Virus record (IMG/VR): IMGVR_UViG_3300029169_000006
Coordinates: 1 to 45,008 of that record
Length of the DNA stretch: 45,008 bases
Direction: 5' to 3' (one strand)
From: a virus
Lineage: Duplodnaviria > Caudoviricetes
Positions 1-7,793 of this stretch are shown in pieces (positions within the stretch are counted from its first letter, which is position 1; the number at the start of each line of letters is the position of its first letter). The position numbers and the translations under genes are program-made. The notes beneath the pieces were generated by a model, which made no database searches, was not told where the DNA came from, and worked only from the letters and a program-made list of their open reading frames with translations.

Positions 1-133
1 AGATGTTTGTTTGTGGTTTGGAGAGATGGGAGTCGCCGTTTACCCCAACGATGATTCTGTGCATATTTTAGAGCTGGGGGGCTCAGACACCACCATCACA
101 GAAGCCGAAATGGAAAGGTGTCTGCGGGGCTGG
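1..133 (+). repeat. Terminal direct repeat, left copy (assembly circularity overlap)
   Basis: 1-126 identical to 44858-44983; match extends to 133/44990 with one mismatch. Confidence 0.97.
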
Positions 134-175
134 TTTGTTTCGGCCGTTGAACCAAAGGCAGAATGAGCGTATTGT

Positions 176-250
176 ATAAAGAAAGCCCCCAAGCGGAAAT
201 GACTACGCAAGGGGGCTTGAATCTGGTTAGCTTTCAAGGGAGAACCAGGA
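176..250 (-). ncRNA. Putative OOP-like small antisense RNA (about 75 nt)
   Basis: Minus-strand promoter at 256-283, then hairpin CTGGTT/AACCAG (223-248) and terminator-like AAGCCCCC/GGGGGCTT (183-218) followed by TTTCTTTAT on the minus strand. Confidence 0.45.
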
Positions 251-255
251 CACAA

Positions 256-283
256 ATGCTACCACAACATCTTGTGTCTTCAA
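256..283 (-). promoter_or_regulatory. Putative leftward sigma70 promoter
   Basis: TTGAAG-16nt-TAGCAT with an extended -10 TG; overlapped by inverted repeat GACACAA/TTGTGTC (249-278). Confidence 0.45.
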
Positions 284-313
284 AACCCCTTTACCGCAAC
301 CAGCGGTGTTTTA

Positions 314-481
314 GGTATTTAGGTTGTTTTATTGGTGGTTCACAAAGGGTGCCGGTAGGTAAACCGGTTGGAGTCCAATTCACCCTGCTGAGGCGGCTGA
401 ACCGAGTATTGCGAAAGCATGTGTGGGAAGCCAACGAAAAGCTCACACCAGCGTTCCACCAACTAAAGCAACTTATCTACC
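314..481 (+). ncRNA. Structured RNA unit C closed by the conserved long stem
   Basis: GGTATTTAGGTTGTTTTATTGGTGG (314-338) pairs with CCACCAACTAAAGCAACTTATCTACC (456-481) using G-U pairs; internal helices AGGGTG/CACCCT, CCGGT/ACCGG, TGC-GAAA-GCA, GTGTGGG/CTCACAC. Confidence 0.7.
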
Positions 482-499
482 GAGTCAGTTCGACCGTAT

Positions 500-648
500 A
501 TCAAACTGTTTTGATGGTGACTATGGGCTAGCTGCGTTAGTACCAGCCGTACTTGGGACTAAGCCCCATGAGGCTCGCAACTTCATAGTCGTTGATCGAT
601 CACGGCCTCTTAAAGCTGTTGCGATAGTCACCACTAAAGCAGTTTGGT
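500..648 (+). ncRNA. Structured RNA unit D closed by the conserved long stem
   Basis: ATCAAACTGTTTTGATGGTGACTAT (500-524) pairs at 24 of 25 positions (incl. G-U) with ATAGTCACCACTAAAGCAGTTTGGT (624-648); internal GGGCT/AGCCC, AGTAC/GTACT, ATGAGG/CTTCAT. Confidence 0.72.
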
Positions 649-661
649 TTAACCCAAACCC

Positions 662-837
662 GACACGTATCGGCGCGATAACGTTCCGTGTCTAAGACAG
701 TAGCCCCAACCAGGTCGAATCTCTGTTGGTCTTGGGGTTAGAAGGATAAGTCAGGGATGCTCTATACGGCTCTACAAGCCTCTGAGGTGGCAGGTCGTAG
801 CAAGATTTAATGACTACATGTGAGTCAGGGTCTTGCT
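662..837 (+). other. Series of further hairpins in non-coding DNA
   Basis: GACACG/CGTGTC (662-692), TAGCCCCAA/TTGGGGTTA (701-740), AGCAAGATT..TGACT/AGTCA..GGTCTTGCT (799-837). Confidence 0.55.
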
Positions 838-873
838 CACCCGGATACAACGTAAGGTAACAGGTAGGTAGAC

Positions 874-1014
874 ATGCAATGTAAATGTGGAGGTAAGACC
901 AGAAGTCATTCATATACAACCAAAGATGGTATTAAACATTACATAGATACTTGCAATGGTTGTGGTAGACGACATGAGATAACGGAGAAAGTATGCGAAC
1001 CCCAAAGAAAATGA
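874..1014 (+). CDS. Small Cys-rich zinc-ribbon protein (46 aa, not in ORF track)
   Basis: Translated by hand: MQCKCGGKTRSHSYTTKDGIKHYIDTCNGCGRRHEITEKVCEPQRK; AGGTAGG upstream; TGA overlaps an ATG at 1011. Confidence 0.6.
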   Translation: MQCKCGGKTRSHSYTTKDGIKHYIDTCNGCGRRHEITEKVCEPQRK

Positions 1015-1200
1015 TTGTTAAGCACAAAGGTAAGACTTACTGGGCAACGCTTACTTGGTTTAGAAACAGACCTGTCTTCAGGTTCTGGTCAAGCCACAAG
1101 TGGCCTTTTTACCATGCTCATTACATGCCTGACGTGATTCATCCTGAAGATGTGTGGCAGAAGTTCGAGGAATTTATTCCAGGTTATAACGGAGAAAGTA
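979..1200 (+). repeat. 15-bp direct repeat ATAACGGAGAAAGTA bracketing ORF 993-1205
   Basis: Exact copies at 979-993 and 1186-1200, each containing a GGAG RBS just before an ATG. Confidence 0.9.
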
Positions 1201-1205
1201 GATGA
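993..1205 (+). CDS. Hypothetical protein
   Basis: GGAG RBS; ATGA overlap with next gene; alternative start at 1011. Confidence 0.7.
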   Translation: MRTPKKMIVKHKGKTYWATLTWFRNRPVFRFWSSHKWPFYHAHYMPDVIHPEDVWQKFEEFIPGYNGESR

Positions 1206-1696
1206 GTGATCAAGGTAATTACAGGCAGATGTATTCTCTGTCTTGTGTGATCGATGACTTAAATATAGATAGGTTTTGGTCAAAAGTTGACAGGTCTGAT
1301 GGTTGTTGGAATTGGACGGCTGGTAAAAATGATGCAGGTTATGGGCAGATAAAGGTTGCAGGAAAGGTCCTTAAGGCCCACAGAGTGTCGTATTTTTTGA
1401 GGCATCAAACCATTCCTCATCAATTGTTTATTTGTCATTCTTGTGACAATCCTGCCTGCGTAAATCCAGATCATTTATTTCCGGGCACAACCGCAGAGAA
1501 TCAGAAAGATAAGGCCAGGAAAGATCGGTCATGGAGACCTGTAGGAGCTTGCCACCATCTCACTCACTTATCAGACGTTGATGTTCTCGAAATCAGGGCA
1601 AGGCCCGACAAGTATCGCTTGATAGCAGCGGACTACAATGTTTCATGGTCGACAATTGAGAGGATCAAAAACCGCAAAACATGGAGCCACATATGA
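1202..1696 (+). CDS. HNH homing endonuclease with C-terminal HTH-like tail
   Basis: RFWSKV..CWNWTA..GYG..AHRVSY..CHSCDNPACVNPDHL..GT..EN motif. Confidence 0.92.
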   Translation: MSDQGNYRQMYSLSCVIDDLNIDRFWSKVDRSDGCWNWTAGKNDAGYGQIKVAGKVLKAHRVSYFLRHQTIPHQLFICHSCDNPACVNPDHLFPGTTAENQKDKARKDRSWRPVGACHHLTHLSDVDVLEIRARPDKYRLIAADYNVSWSTIERIKNRKTWSHI

Positions 1697-2016
1697 AGTC
1701 TGAACAGTTCAACTTGTCTCTAGCTCTGGACTTTAAGGAGCGAGGAATTACTGCTGTAGCTGGTAACAACAGACACTTTCTAACGACAGCCAGGAACATC
1801 GCAATCGCCTTGTGTAAGCAAAATGGTTCTGTGACGGCTGATGATGTGAGACGTAATTGCCCACTTGAACCACTTCACCCTAATGCCTGGGGTGGGATAT
1901 TCCGTGGTAAGCAATGGAGGTTCACAGGCCAGTTCAAACAGAGCGATCTAGTCTCGAGAAGGGGTGGTTACCAGCGTGTCTGGGTGCTTGATCCGACAGG
2001 GCAGAAACATGGTTGA
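1693..2016 (+). CDS. Conserved phage hypothetical protein, possibly winged-helix
   Basis: VTADDVR..HPNAWG motif seen in phage nin regions; ATGA coupling at 1693. Confidence 0.75.
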   Translation: MKSEQFNLSLALDFKERGITAVAGNNRHFLTTARNIAIALCKQNGSVTADDVRRNCPLEPLHPNAWGGIFRGKQWRFTGQFKQSDLVSRRGGYQRVWVLDPTGQKHG

Positions 2017-2233
2017 GCTGAAACCCTGTCCGTGCGGAAAGACGCCGGATCGAATCAACTATTTTGGTGACACGCGCCAGAAATGGACTGAGGCTAGTGC
2101 AGACTGTTGTGGAGAATGGCTATTCGAGTTCAAAACAAACTACGAAACCAGAAAGAACAAGATTGATCAAATGGCTATTGCCGCCTGGAATGACCTTCCT
2201 CGCGCCTCTGCCCTCGATAGGCAGGAACCATGA
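2009..2233 (+). CDS. Lar (restriction alleviation)-like zinc protein
   Basis: N-terminal ELKPCPCG and C-terminal AIAAWN are characteristic of Lar-family proteins. Confidence 0.6.
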   Translation: MVELKPCPCGKTPDRINYFGDTRQKWTEASADCCGEWLFEFKTNYETRKNKIDQMAIAAWNDLPRASALDRQEP

Positions 2234-2373
2234 GTGAAGAAGGCTATGTCATGCCGCCAATAATAGATGGCGAATACAAGGTACTTACACTGGAAAACTG
2301 CCCTAACTGCGAGAACAGGGTTTGTAACAGATGCAAGTGGGGAACTATCGACACACCACAGGAACCGGAATGA
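2230..2373 (+). CDS. Small CxxC-CxxC protein (47 aa, not in ORF track)
   Basis: MSEEGYVMPPIIDGEYKVLTLENCPNCENRVCNRCKWGTIDTPQEPE; ATGA overlaps at both ends. Confidence 0.6.
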   Translation: MSEEGYVMPPIIDGEYKVLTLENCPNCENRVCNRCKWGTIDTPQEPE

Positions 2374-2507
2374 GTTGGCTGTGCTGGTTTATTCCCCACA
2401 GCTTCAAGCTGAACCGAGTCATTAGGGATGATGGGTACGGCCAGTTAAAGGGACATTCATGTGTTAGGTGTGGCGCAATTCCGCCAGAGCAGAGGGGTAT
2501 CGGATGA
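2370..2507 (+). CDS. Small Cys/His phage protein (45 aa, not in ORF track)
   Basis: MSWLCWFIPH...CVRCG pattern; ATGA overlaps at both ends. Confidence 0.6.
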   Translation: MSWLCWFIPHSFKLNRVIRDDGYGQLKGHSCVRCGAIPPEQRGIG

Positions 2508-2704
2508 CTGATCATGAAACTTGTGGTTCGAAACGAAGATACTGGACCAAGGTCGATGCGCTGGTACAAATGGAGATAGCGATGAATAGGTTTGATTCGC
2601 CAATGAGGGTATACAGATGTCCGACATGCAAGGGTTGGCACTTGAGCAAGAAACGGCGAAGGGCCGCCCCAGTGAATACGATGACTGACAAGGCAGAGTT
2701 ATGA
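2504..2704 (+). CDS. Small zinc-finger phage protein
   Basis: C..KRRY...RVYRCPTCKGWHLS motif; start set by ATGA overlap. Confidence 0.7.
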   Translation: MTDHETCGSKRRYWTKVDALVQMEIAMNRFDSPMRVYRCPTCKGWHLSKKRRRAAPVNTMTDKAEL

Positions 2705-2928
2705 CTAAACAAGATCGTTATGAAAAGGCCATGTATCGGTTCTTTCGGCACATACAAGATCAAGTAGAGCGCATGCCCCACTGGATGGACTACGACTCTT
2801 ATCCGGTGGATATCGATGTTTTTGAATTCAATAGGTTTGTGAATACGTTAGGCAAGCCCAGTAATGCGGAGCGATGGCATGGCCTGCATGAGAAGCATGG
2901 TGGTCTGACTAGGCAAGAACATGACTGA
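2701..2928 (+). CDS. Hypothetical protein
   Basis: Overlaps neighbouring genes at both ends. Confidence 0.65.
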   Translation: MTKQDRYEKAMYRFFRHIQDQVERMPHWMDYDSYPVDIDVFEFNRFVNTLGKPSNAERWHGLHEKHGGLTRQEHD

Positions 2929-3283
2929 CTGGCGAGAACGTGCAGAGGAAGAAAAGCCATCTATCGAAGAAAAGCTTGAAAAAGCCCGAGATCGATCAGA
3001 AAACTACGGTTATCTATACGGCAGACACGCCACCGCCGATGACTACATCAAGACCACCTACGCCAAACTCTACGAGGATATTCCCAAAGACTTCAAGACG
3101 GTCCCCGAGAGGGACGCATGGGTAAAGCGACAGGATGAGTACATAAACGCCATAGAGCGTAAGCGTGATGCGTTTGCAGCGTGGAAGACAGCAGAGACCT
3201 ATACCAAGCTTCTATTTGCTGAGGCGGACGTGTGGCGAACCAAGGAAGCGAATAACCGATTTATGGACAGGGCGCATCAATGA
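2921..3283 (+). CDS. Helical phage protein, possibly UvsY-like recombination mediator
   Basis: TVPERDAWV...VWRTKEANNR pattern; adjacent to the NinG-like gene; function inferred. Confidence 0.55.
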   Translation: MTDWRERAEEEKPSIEEKLEKARDRSENYGYLYGRHATADDYIKTTYAKLYEDIPKDFKTVPERDAWVKRQDEYINAIERKRDAFAAWKTAETYTKLLFAEADVWRTKEANNRFMDRAHQ

Positions 3284-3714
3284 AGATAAAGAAAAACAAG
3301 ATTGACAGAGTTTTCTCTGATCTGGTCCGTGAAAGAAATAACTACGTCTGTCAGAACTGCTGTGAAGGCAACCGCCATAGACCTCATGCCTTTGACTGCG
3401 CGCATATCATGGGACGCAGGAACGTAGGTCTGCGTTGGCATCCTGATAATTGCTTGGCGCTTTGTAGATCCTGTCATATTTTCTTCACTGAACACCCCTT
3501 CGATTTCAGGGACTTTTGTGTAGACCAGTTCGGCGAGGACCGGGTGGCTGAGTTAAGGCTGATATCGAACCAAACCGTGAAATGGAACAAGCCCCTTCGA
3601 GAAGAGATCTACAAGCACTACAAGCGTGAGTGGGTCTTGATGCAGGATTACCGCATAGGTAGTGAGTTGCGCATTGATTTCCAGCAGCATGAATGTATGC
3701 ACATATTTGCTTAA
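3280..3714 (+). CDS. NinG/Rap-like HNH-fold nuclease
   Basis: DRVFSDLVRER..CQNC..CAHIMGR..LRWHPDNCLALCRSCH. Confidence 0.8.
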   Translation: MKIKKNKIDRVFSDLVRERNNYVCQNCCEGNRHRPHAFDCAHIMGRRNVGLRWHPDNCLALCRSCHIFFTEHPFDFRDFCVDQFGEDRVAELRLISNQTVKWNKPLREEIYKHYKREWVLMQDYRIGSELRIDFQQHECMHIFA

Positions 3715-3848
3715 TTCTTAGGTGATTATGTTATAGTCCACGCCCATGGATCTCAACCCATGGACAGACAATTCAAACATGTACTCCACTTGTGCGGAAG
3801 AACCTTTGCGGTTTTGCCGAGCGGGCAGATTGTAGAGTTGATTAGGAG

Positions 3849-4361
3849 GTGAGCCTGCTAACTTACGATAAAGCAACAATGATGTTCTCTTATGATCCGG
3901 ACACAGGCGTGGTAACGAGAAGGAAGCGCTCAGGGAATAGGTCTAAAGGGGCGATAGTGGGGTCAAGAAAGACCACAAAATATCCGAGGCTTACGGTTGA
4001 GGTTGCCGGCAAAAAATACTACTTGCATCGAATTATTTGGTTATTGATGACCGGAGAGTGGCCCTCTGAGGTTGACCACGTGAATCACAATGGTCTGGAT
4101 AATAGATGGGTGAACTTGCGTGAAGCCACCCGGCTTGAAAACAATAGAAATAAACCACTGAGAAGGTCGTCAGGATCTGGAATAACCGGGGTGCTTTGGG
4201 ATAAGAGCTGTCAAAAGTGGAGGTCTGAGATAACAGTAAGTTATATTCGGCACCGTATATATTACGGAGATGATTTTTTTGAAGCTTGTTGCCGTAGGAA
4301 ATCCGCTGAAATAAAGCATGGCTTCCATGAAAACTGCGGCTTGGTCAGCCCCTTTGCTTGA
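3849..4361 (+). CDS. HNH homing endonuclease with AP2-like C-terminus
   Basis: YDPDTG..HRIIW..GEWP..VDHVNHNGLDNRWVNLR..SGITGV.W....KW; AGGAGG upstream. Confidence 0.92.
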   Translation: MSLLTYDKATMMFSYDPDTGVVTRRKRSGNRSKGAIVGSRKTTKYPRLTVEVAGKKYYLHRIIWLLMTGEWPSEVDHVNHNGLDNRWVNLREATRLENNRNKPLRRSSGSGITGVLWDKSCQKWRSEITVSYIRHRIYYGDDFFEACCRRKSAEIKHGFHENCGLVSPFA

Positions 4362-4731
4362 TTCTGTAGAGCTTGATGCTAGGCTAGATGACTGGGCGCG
4401 GTGGGCGCGGTCTCCAGCCCCCGGAAGTTCCAACGGTTCAGCCGGATACCTAAAAGAGCGGTTGGATCAAGCCGCCGATTCCGCTGAAATGACGGATGAG
4501 ATCGCCATTACAGAGCGAGCGGTAGCCAAGACCAAGGCAGAAAGCCGTATGCACTGGCGGGTAATTTCGAGATATTACTTGGGCCGGCTATCAGAGGTTG
4601 AAATAGGTCTCGATCTACAGCGCTCACATGATCAGGTAAAAGTAGATTTATTGAGGGCCAGGGGTAGCATCGCAAGCTACATTATCCTGCTTGACAATAA
4701 TTTCTATATGGTCAAAAATATCGCAGTCTAA
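4327..4731 (+). CDS. Q-like late antiterminator / sigma-region-4-like regulator
   Basis: RLDDWARWAR motif, C-terminal HTH-like segment, last gene before a promoter-terminator and the late genes. Confidence 0.65.
   Translation: MKTAAWSAPLLDSVELDARLDDWARWARSPAPGSSNGSAGYLKERLDQAADSAEMTDEIAITERAVAKTKAESRMHWRVISRYYLGRLSEVEIGLDLQRSHDQVKVDLLRARGSIASYIILLDNNFYMVKNIAV
4691..4719 (+). promoter_or_regulatory. Putative late promoter (pR'-like)
   Basis: Perfect TTGACA, 17 nt spacer, weak -10 AAAAAT, at the 3' end of the Q-like gene. Confidence 0.5.
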
Positions 4732-4758
4732 GGCGTGCTTCGTGCACCCTAAATAAAC

Positions 4759-4779
4759 AGCCCTGAGAGGGCTTTTTTT
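4759..4779 (+). terminator. Intrinsic terminator (tR'-like)
   Basis: AGCCCT-GAG-AGGGCT followed by a T run that abuts the ATG at 4780. Confidence 0.75.
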
Positions 4780-6303
4780 ATGTCTGTCTCTTTTGTCCAG
4801 AAGGCTTATTACGAGCTATATGATGGAGACAGGTGGATTTCCCGACACAGAAACGAGCTGAAGGCCGCACAAGAGGCGACCTCGCAAGGCCCTGGTGTGT
4901 ACCAGATCTGTGTTGGCAAGGAGGTTTTGTACTTGGTCACCGTGACGACAGCAGGGCTTGTCGAGCCTCCCGGCCTAACGCCTGCACCGACCCCTAATCA
5001 AGCGCCGATCATAGTATCTACGCCAAATCCTGCCTTTCAGGACGGTATCGCCAAGATATACGGGCTTGATCAGCATATGTCCGACCCTGATGGCAACCCA
5101 CTGACCGCGGTTATGAACACGGGGACAGTCGCCTTGCCCTCTGGTGTCACCTTAAACGCCTCACCAGACAATAACAGCCTTGTTTACGACGGTATTGGTG
5201 CTTTGACGACCAGTACCGGCCACACATTGACCGCTTTCGATGGTTTAGCCCAATCAGCCCCAAGCAGTACGTTTGCTGTCTCGGTCAATGATACAGGTAA
5301 GAAATGGAGGCCGGGTCACGGTCAGAAAACCCAAGGTAATCCAGGACAAACTGATCAAGACGACTATAGAACTGACATCCTTGACGACATGGATGATTTG
5401 ACTGCTGACCCGATCTTCACTTATGCCGTTGTTTCTGTTGCCTGGGGTGCGATGGAAATAACCCAAAACACATATGACTGGACGTTACCAGATGCGGTGT
5501 TAGCCAAGGCTCAAAGTCTTGGTAAGAACGTGGTATTCCAGTTTGTGTGGGATTCATCCAGTACGGCCTCGAATCAGTTGTTAATGCCGCTTGATATCTA
5601 TGGTGGGAATACCTACCAGAACGGCGGTTTTGATCCTGATGAAGATCCTCCATTCACTGGTGGTTATGTATCGGCCATGTGGCGAACAGAGGTCAATGAT
5701 CGATTTGTTGAGTTTATCGAGACATTTGGCGCGAGATACGACAGTCATCCGAATTTAGAGGGTATTACCACTACAGAGTCAGCGCCGGGCTGGAGAGACT
5801 TTGACCCGCCGTCTGATTATTCGACTAATTTATTGATGGCTGCGCTAAAGCGCATTGCTGATGCGCTGGTAGCCTCGTTCCCAACCACGGTAGTGACCCT
5901 GACGCTCAATTCATTGGGTGGCTCGACTGGCGGCAATAAGATCCCTGAGTTAATGGAATATTGCTACCAGATAGGTTGTGGTGCTGCCGATCCTGATTTG
6001 AATGCCAGTATTGGTGATGAGACATTCCAGGGTATTGCCAGAACCGTTCCTGTCACCAGAGACTATAGAAACAAGATCTCCAGATTTAACATCGTCTCCA
6101 GTCCCGTATTGGGTGGTAAGGATGACCAGCTTCCGTTGAGTAATATTCTCAATGGCATGCAGAACCTTGAGACAGACCACCTAGCGTGGACACAGAAAAG
6201 CTCTGTTGGTGTGAATTGGTCGACTATTGCTGATGCGATCAGCTCTGACCCTGGATTTAATACGGATTGCCCGACTCAATATCCGAGCTGTAACACAAGC
6301 TAA
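4780..6303 (+). CDS. Multidomain protein: cadherin/Ig-like domain plus clan GH-A (GH42/beta-galactosidase-like) TIM-barrel glycoside hydrolase
   Basis: Pro-rich linker, NQAP..SDPDG Ig-like motif, W..ME...YDW...D..L..A...GK.V and GARYDSHPNL..I...E motifs. Confidence 0.65.
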   Translation: MSVSFVQKAYYELYDGDRWISRHRNELKAAQEATSQGPGVYQICVGKEVLYLVTVTTAGLVEPPGLTPAPTPNQAPIIVSTPNPAFQDGIAKIYGLDQHMSDPDGNPLTAVMNTGTVALPSGVTLNASPDNNSLVYDGIGALTTSTGHTLTAFDGLAQSAPSSTFAVSVNDTGKKWRPGHGQKTQGNPGQTDQDDYRTDILDDMDDLTADPIFTYAVVSVAWGAMEITQNTYDWTLPDAVLAKAQSLGKNVVFQFVWDSSSTASNQLLMPLDIYGGNTYQNGGFDPDEDPPFTGGYVSAMWRTEVNDRFVEFIETFGARYDSHPNLEGITTTESAPGWRDFDPPSDYSTNLLMAALKRIADALVASFPTTVVTLTLNSLGGSTGGNKIPELMEYCYQIGCGAADPDLNASIGDETFQGIARTVPVTRDYRNKISRFNIVSSPVLGGKDDQLPLSNILNGMQNLETDHLAWTQKSSVGVNWSTIADAISSDPGFNTDCPTQYPSCNTS

Positions 6304-6968
6304 TGGCCTCGTTCAGGAGTGCTGGGGCGTTTGCCACGGTAACGTCCGGGCAGACCATAGAGATTCCTGCTGGCGCGGGTATTGTTGATGGCGATGGCCT
6401 TGTAATTATTGGCTTTGCTGACGACAACCAAGCACTAAGCTTAAATGAGGGTGGTTGGGCTGAGGATACCGAGGCGCAAGGCGCTACAGGTGGCGATAAA
6501 GCCATCGCGGTTTATCGAAAGATAGCCTCATCAGAGTCAGGCACGTACACGCTTGATGTTGGCGGTGGCGCTGATGTCAAAATGAAGGGCGTGATGCTGG
6601 TCTACCAAGATGTGGACCCAACACAGTTTGATGTTGTCAGCACGACTTTTGAGGGCCCTGCTAACCAGGATACGCATAACCCGGCATCGATTACTACGTC
6701 GACCGATGGTGCGATTGTTGTCTCAGCGGTGGCAGCGGTACAAACGACTGCAAGCCCTGGTACACAGCCATCAGGCTACACAATGCGCGCTCAAAACGGC
6801 ACGACCGATTACCTAGGCGTTGCAGATATAACGGTAGCTACAGCAGGTCTAGAAGATCCGGGTAACTGGTCTGGCCTTGGAACCAGTTCAGATTCGATCA
6901 GTATTACATTTGCAATAAGGCCATCTTCAGCATCCAGTAGTGTTGCTGTAATGAGACGGAGGCGATAA
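6303..6968 (+). CDS. Beta-rich virion-associated protein with basic C-terminal tail
   Basis: Gly/Thr/Ala-rich, VYRKIASSESGTYT motif, ends MRRRR. Confidence 0.6.
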   Translation: MASFRSAGAFATVTSGQTIEIPAGAGIVDGDGLVIIGFADDNQALSLNEGGWAEDTEAQGATGGDKAIAVYRKIASSESGTYTLDVGGGADVKMKGVMLVYQDVDPTQFDVVSTTFEGPANQDTHNPASITTSTDGAIVVSAVAAVQTTASPGTQPSGYTMRAQNGTTDYLGVADITVATAGLEDPGNWSGLGTSSDSISITFAIRPSSASSSVAVMRRRR

Positions 6969-7793
6969 GTGTTAGGACCCTATATCAGACAATACGGTGA
7001 GGCGACCACGATTAACTTCGCCTTGTATGAGCCTAATGGGGTTGATTTTGCAAATGTAAATTTCAGTGCTGGCGATATTCTTATTACCAAAGATGACCTG
7101 GGTGGTGGCAACACCTCGAATCTGGCATTTGATAACGGGAACGGGTCTATCTATCGATTGGGCTTAACAGCCACTGAGATGGAGGCTGCCCGCATCGTTA
7201 TTACCCTGATTGATCAAACGGCCACCAAGGCATGGCTTGACACCCAAATTATTATCGAGACTGAGGGTGATATCGCAGCTCAACACACTAACGGAGTTGT
7301 TGAATCAGGCATGGCGCAGGGCGGTAATGCGAACACGATCACGTTTAGAGCCGGTGCAAGCGCTGTTAATGATTACTTCAAGGGTCAGCTTTGCGTGTTG
7401 ACATCAGGGCAGGGTGCCGGCCAATCAAGGCCCGTTATCGGATATGCTGGTCTGGCCAAGATTGCGACCATTTCAGGCACTTGGGCGACTAATCCTAATT
7501 CCGGAACTCGTTACAAGTTAATCCCTGATGCGATTACAGAGGTTAATTTCCCAGATATACCGGATATTGTTCAAGGTGTTTTTGAAGAGCCAGAGGCCAG
7601 TCATACAACGCCAGGAACATATGGTGTAGCGCTCACTGCCACAAAGAATGATGCCGCTAACACAAGAACGTTAACTGATGCTCGATTACCTTTGACACTA
7701 ACTCCTAACGGTAATATCAGATCTAATATCGAGACAGTTGAAGATGTTGATGTTGTCTATGACTCAGTGACAAAAACATGGGGCCCGGCCTAA
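6969..7793 (+). CDS. Virion structural protein, paralogue of 10718-11290
   Basis: Shares G.A.T..F.L....G.DF, GNG...LT..E and TSG...G..P.IGY motifs with 10718. Confidence 0.65.
   Translation: MLGPYIRQYGEATTINFALYEPNGVDFANVNFSAGDILITKDDLGGGNTSNLAFDNGNGSIYRLGLTATEMEAARIVITLIDQTATKAWLDTQIIIETEGDIAAQHTNGVVESGMAQGGNANTITFRAGASAVNDYFKGQLCVLTSGQGAGQSRPVIGYAGLAKIATISGTWATNPNSGTRYKLIPDAITEVNFPDIPDIVQGVFEEPEASHTTPGTYGVALTATKNDAANTRTLTDARLPLTLTPNGNIRSNIETVEDVDVVYDSVTKTWGPA

Noticed and set aside
1-133. Physical direct terminal repeats (T7-like)
   Set aside because: The repeat ends in a library primer tag and cuts through an ORF, so it is an assembly overlap
473-481. DnaA box (TTATCTACC)
   Set aside because: Two mismatches to TTATCCACA, a single copy, and part of an RNA stem arm
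163-695. ORFs 163-531 and 423-695 as proteins
   Set aside because: No recognisable motifs, and they overlie extensive G-U-containing stems better explained as RNA structure. The ATGA overlap at 163 means some translation cannot be excluded.
1998-2925. Recurring GGCAG/GGCAAG..ATG motif at nin-region gene junctions
   Set aside because: Short and degenerate; adequately explained as ribosome-binding sequence, unlike the longer exact junction repeats
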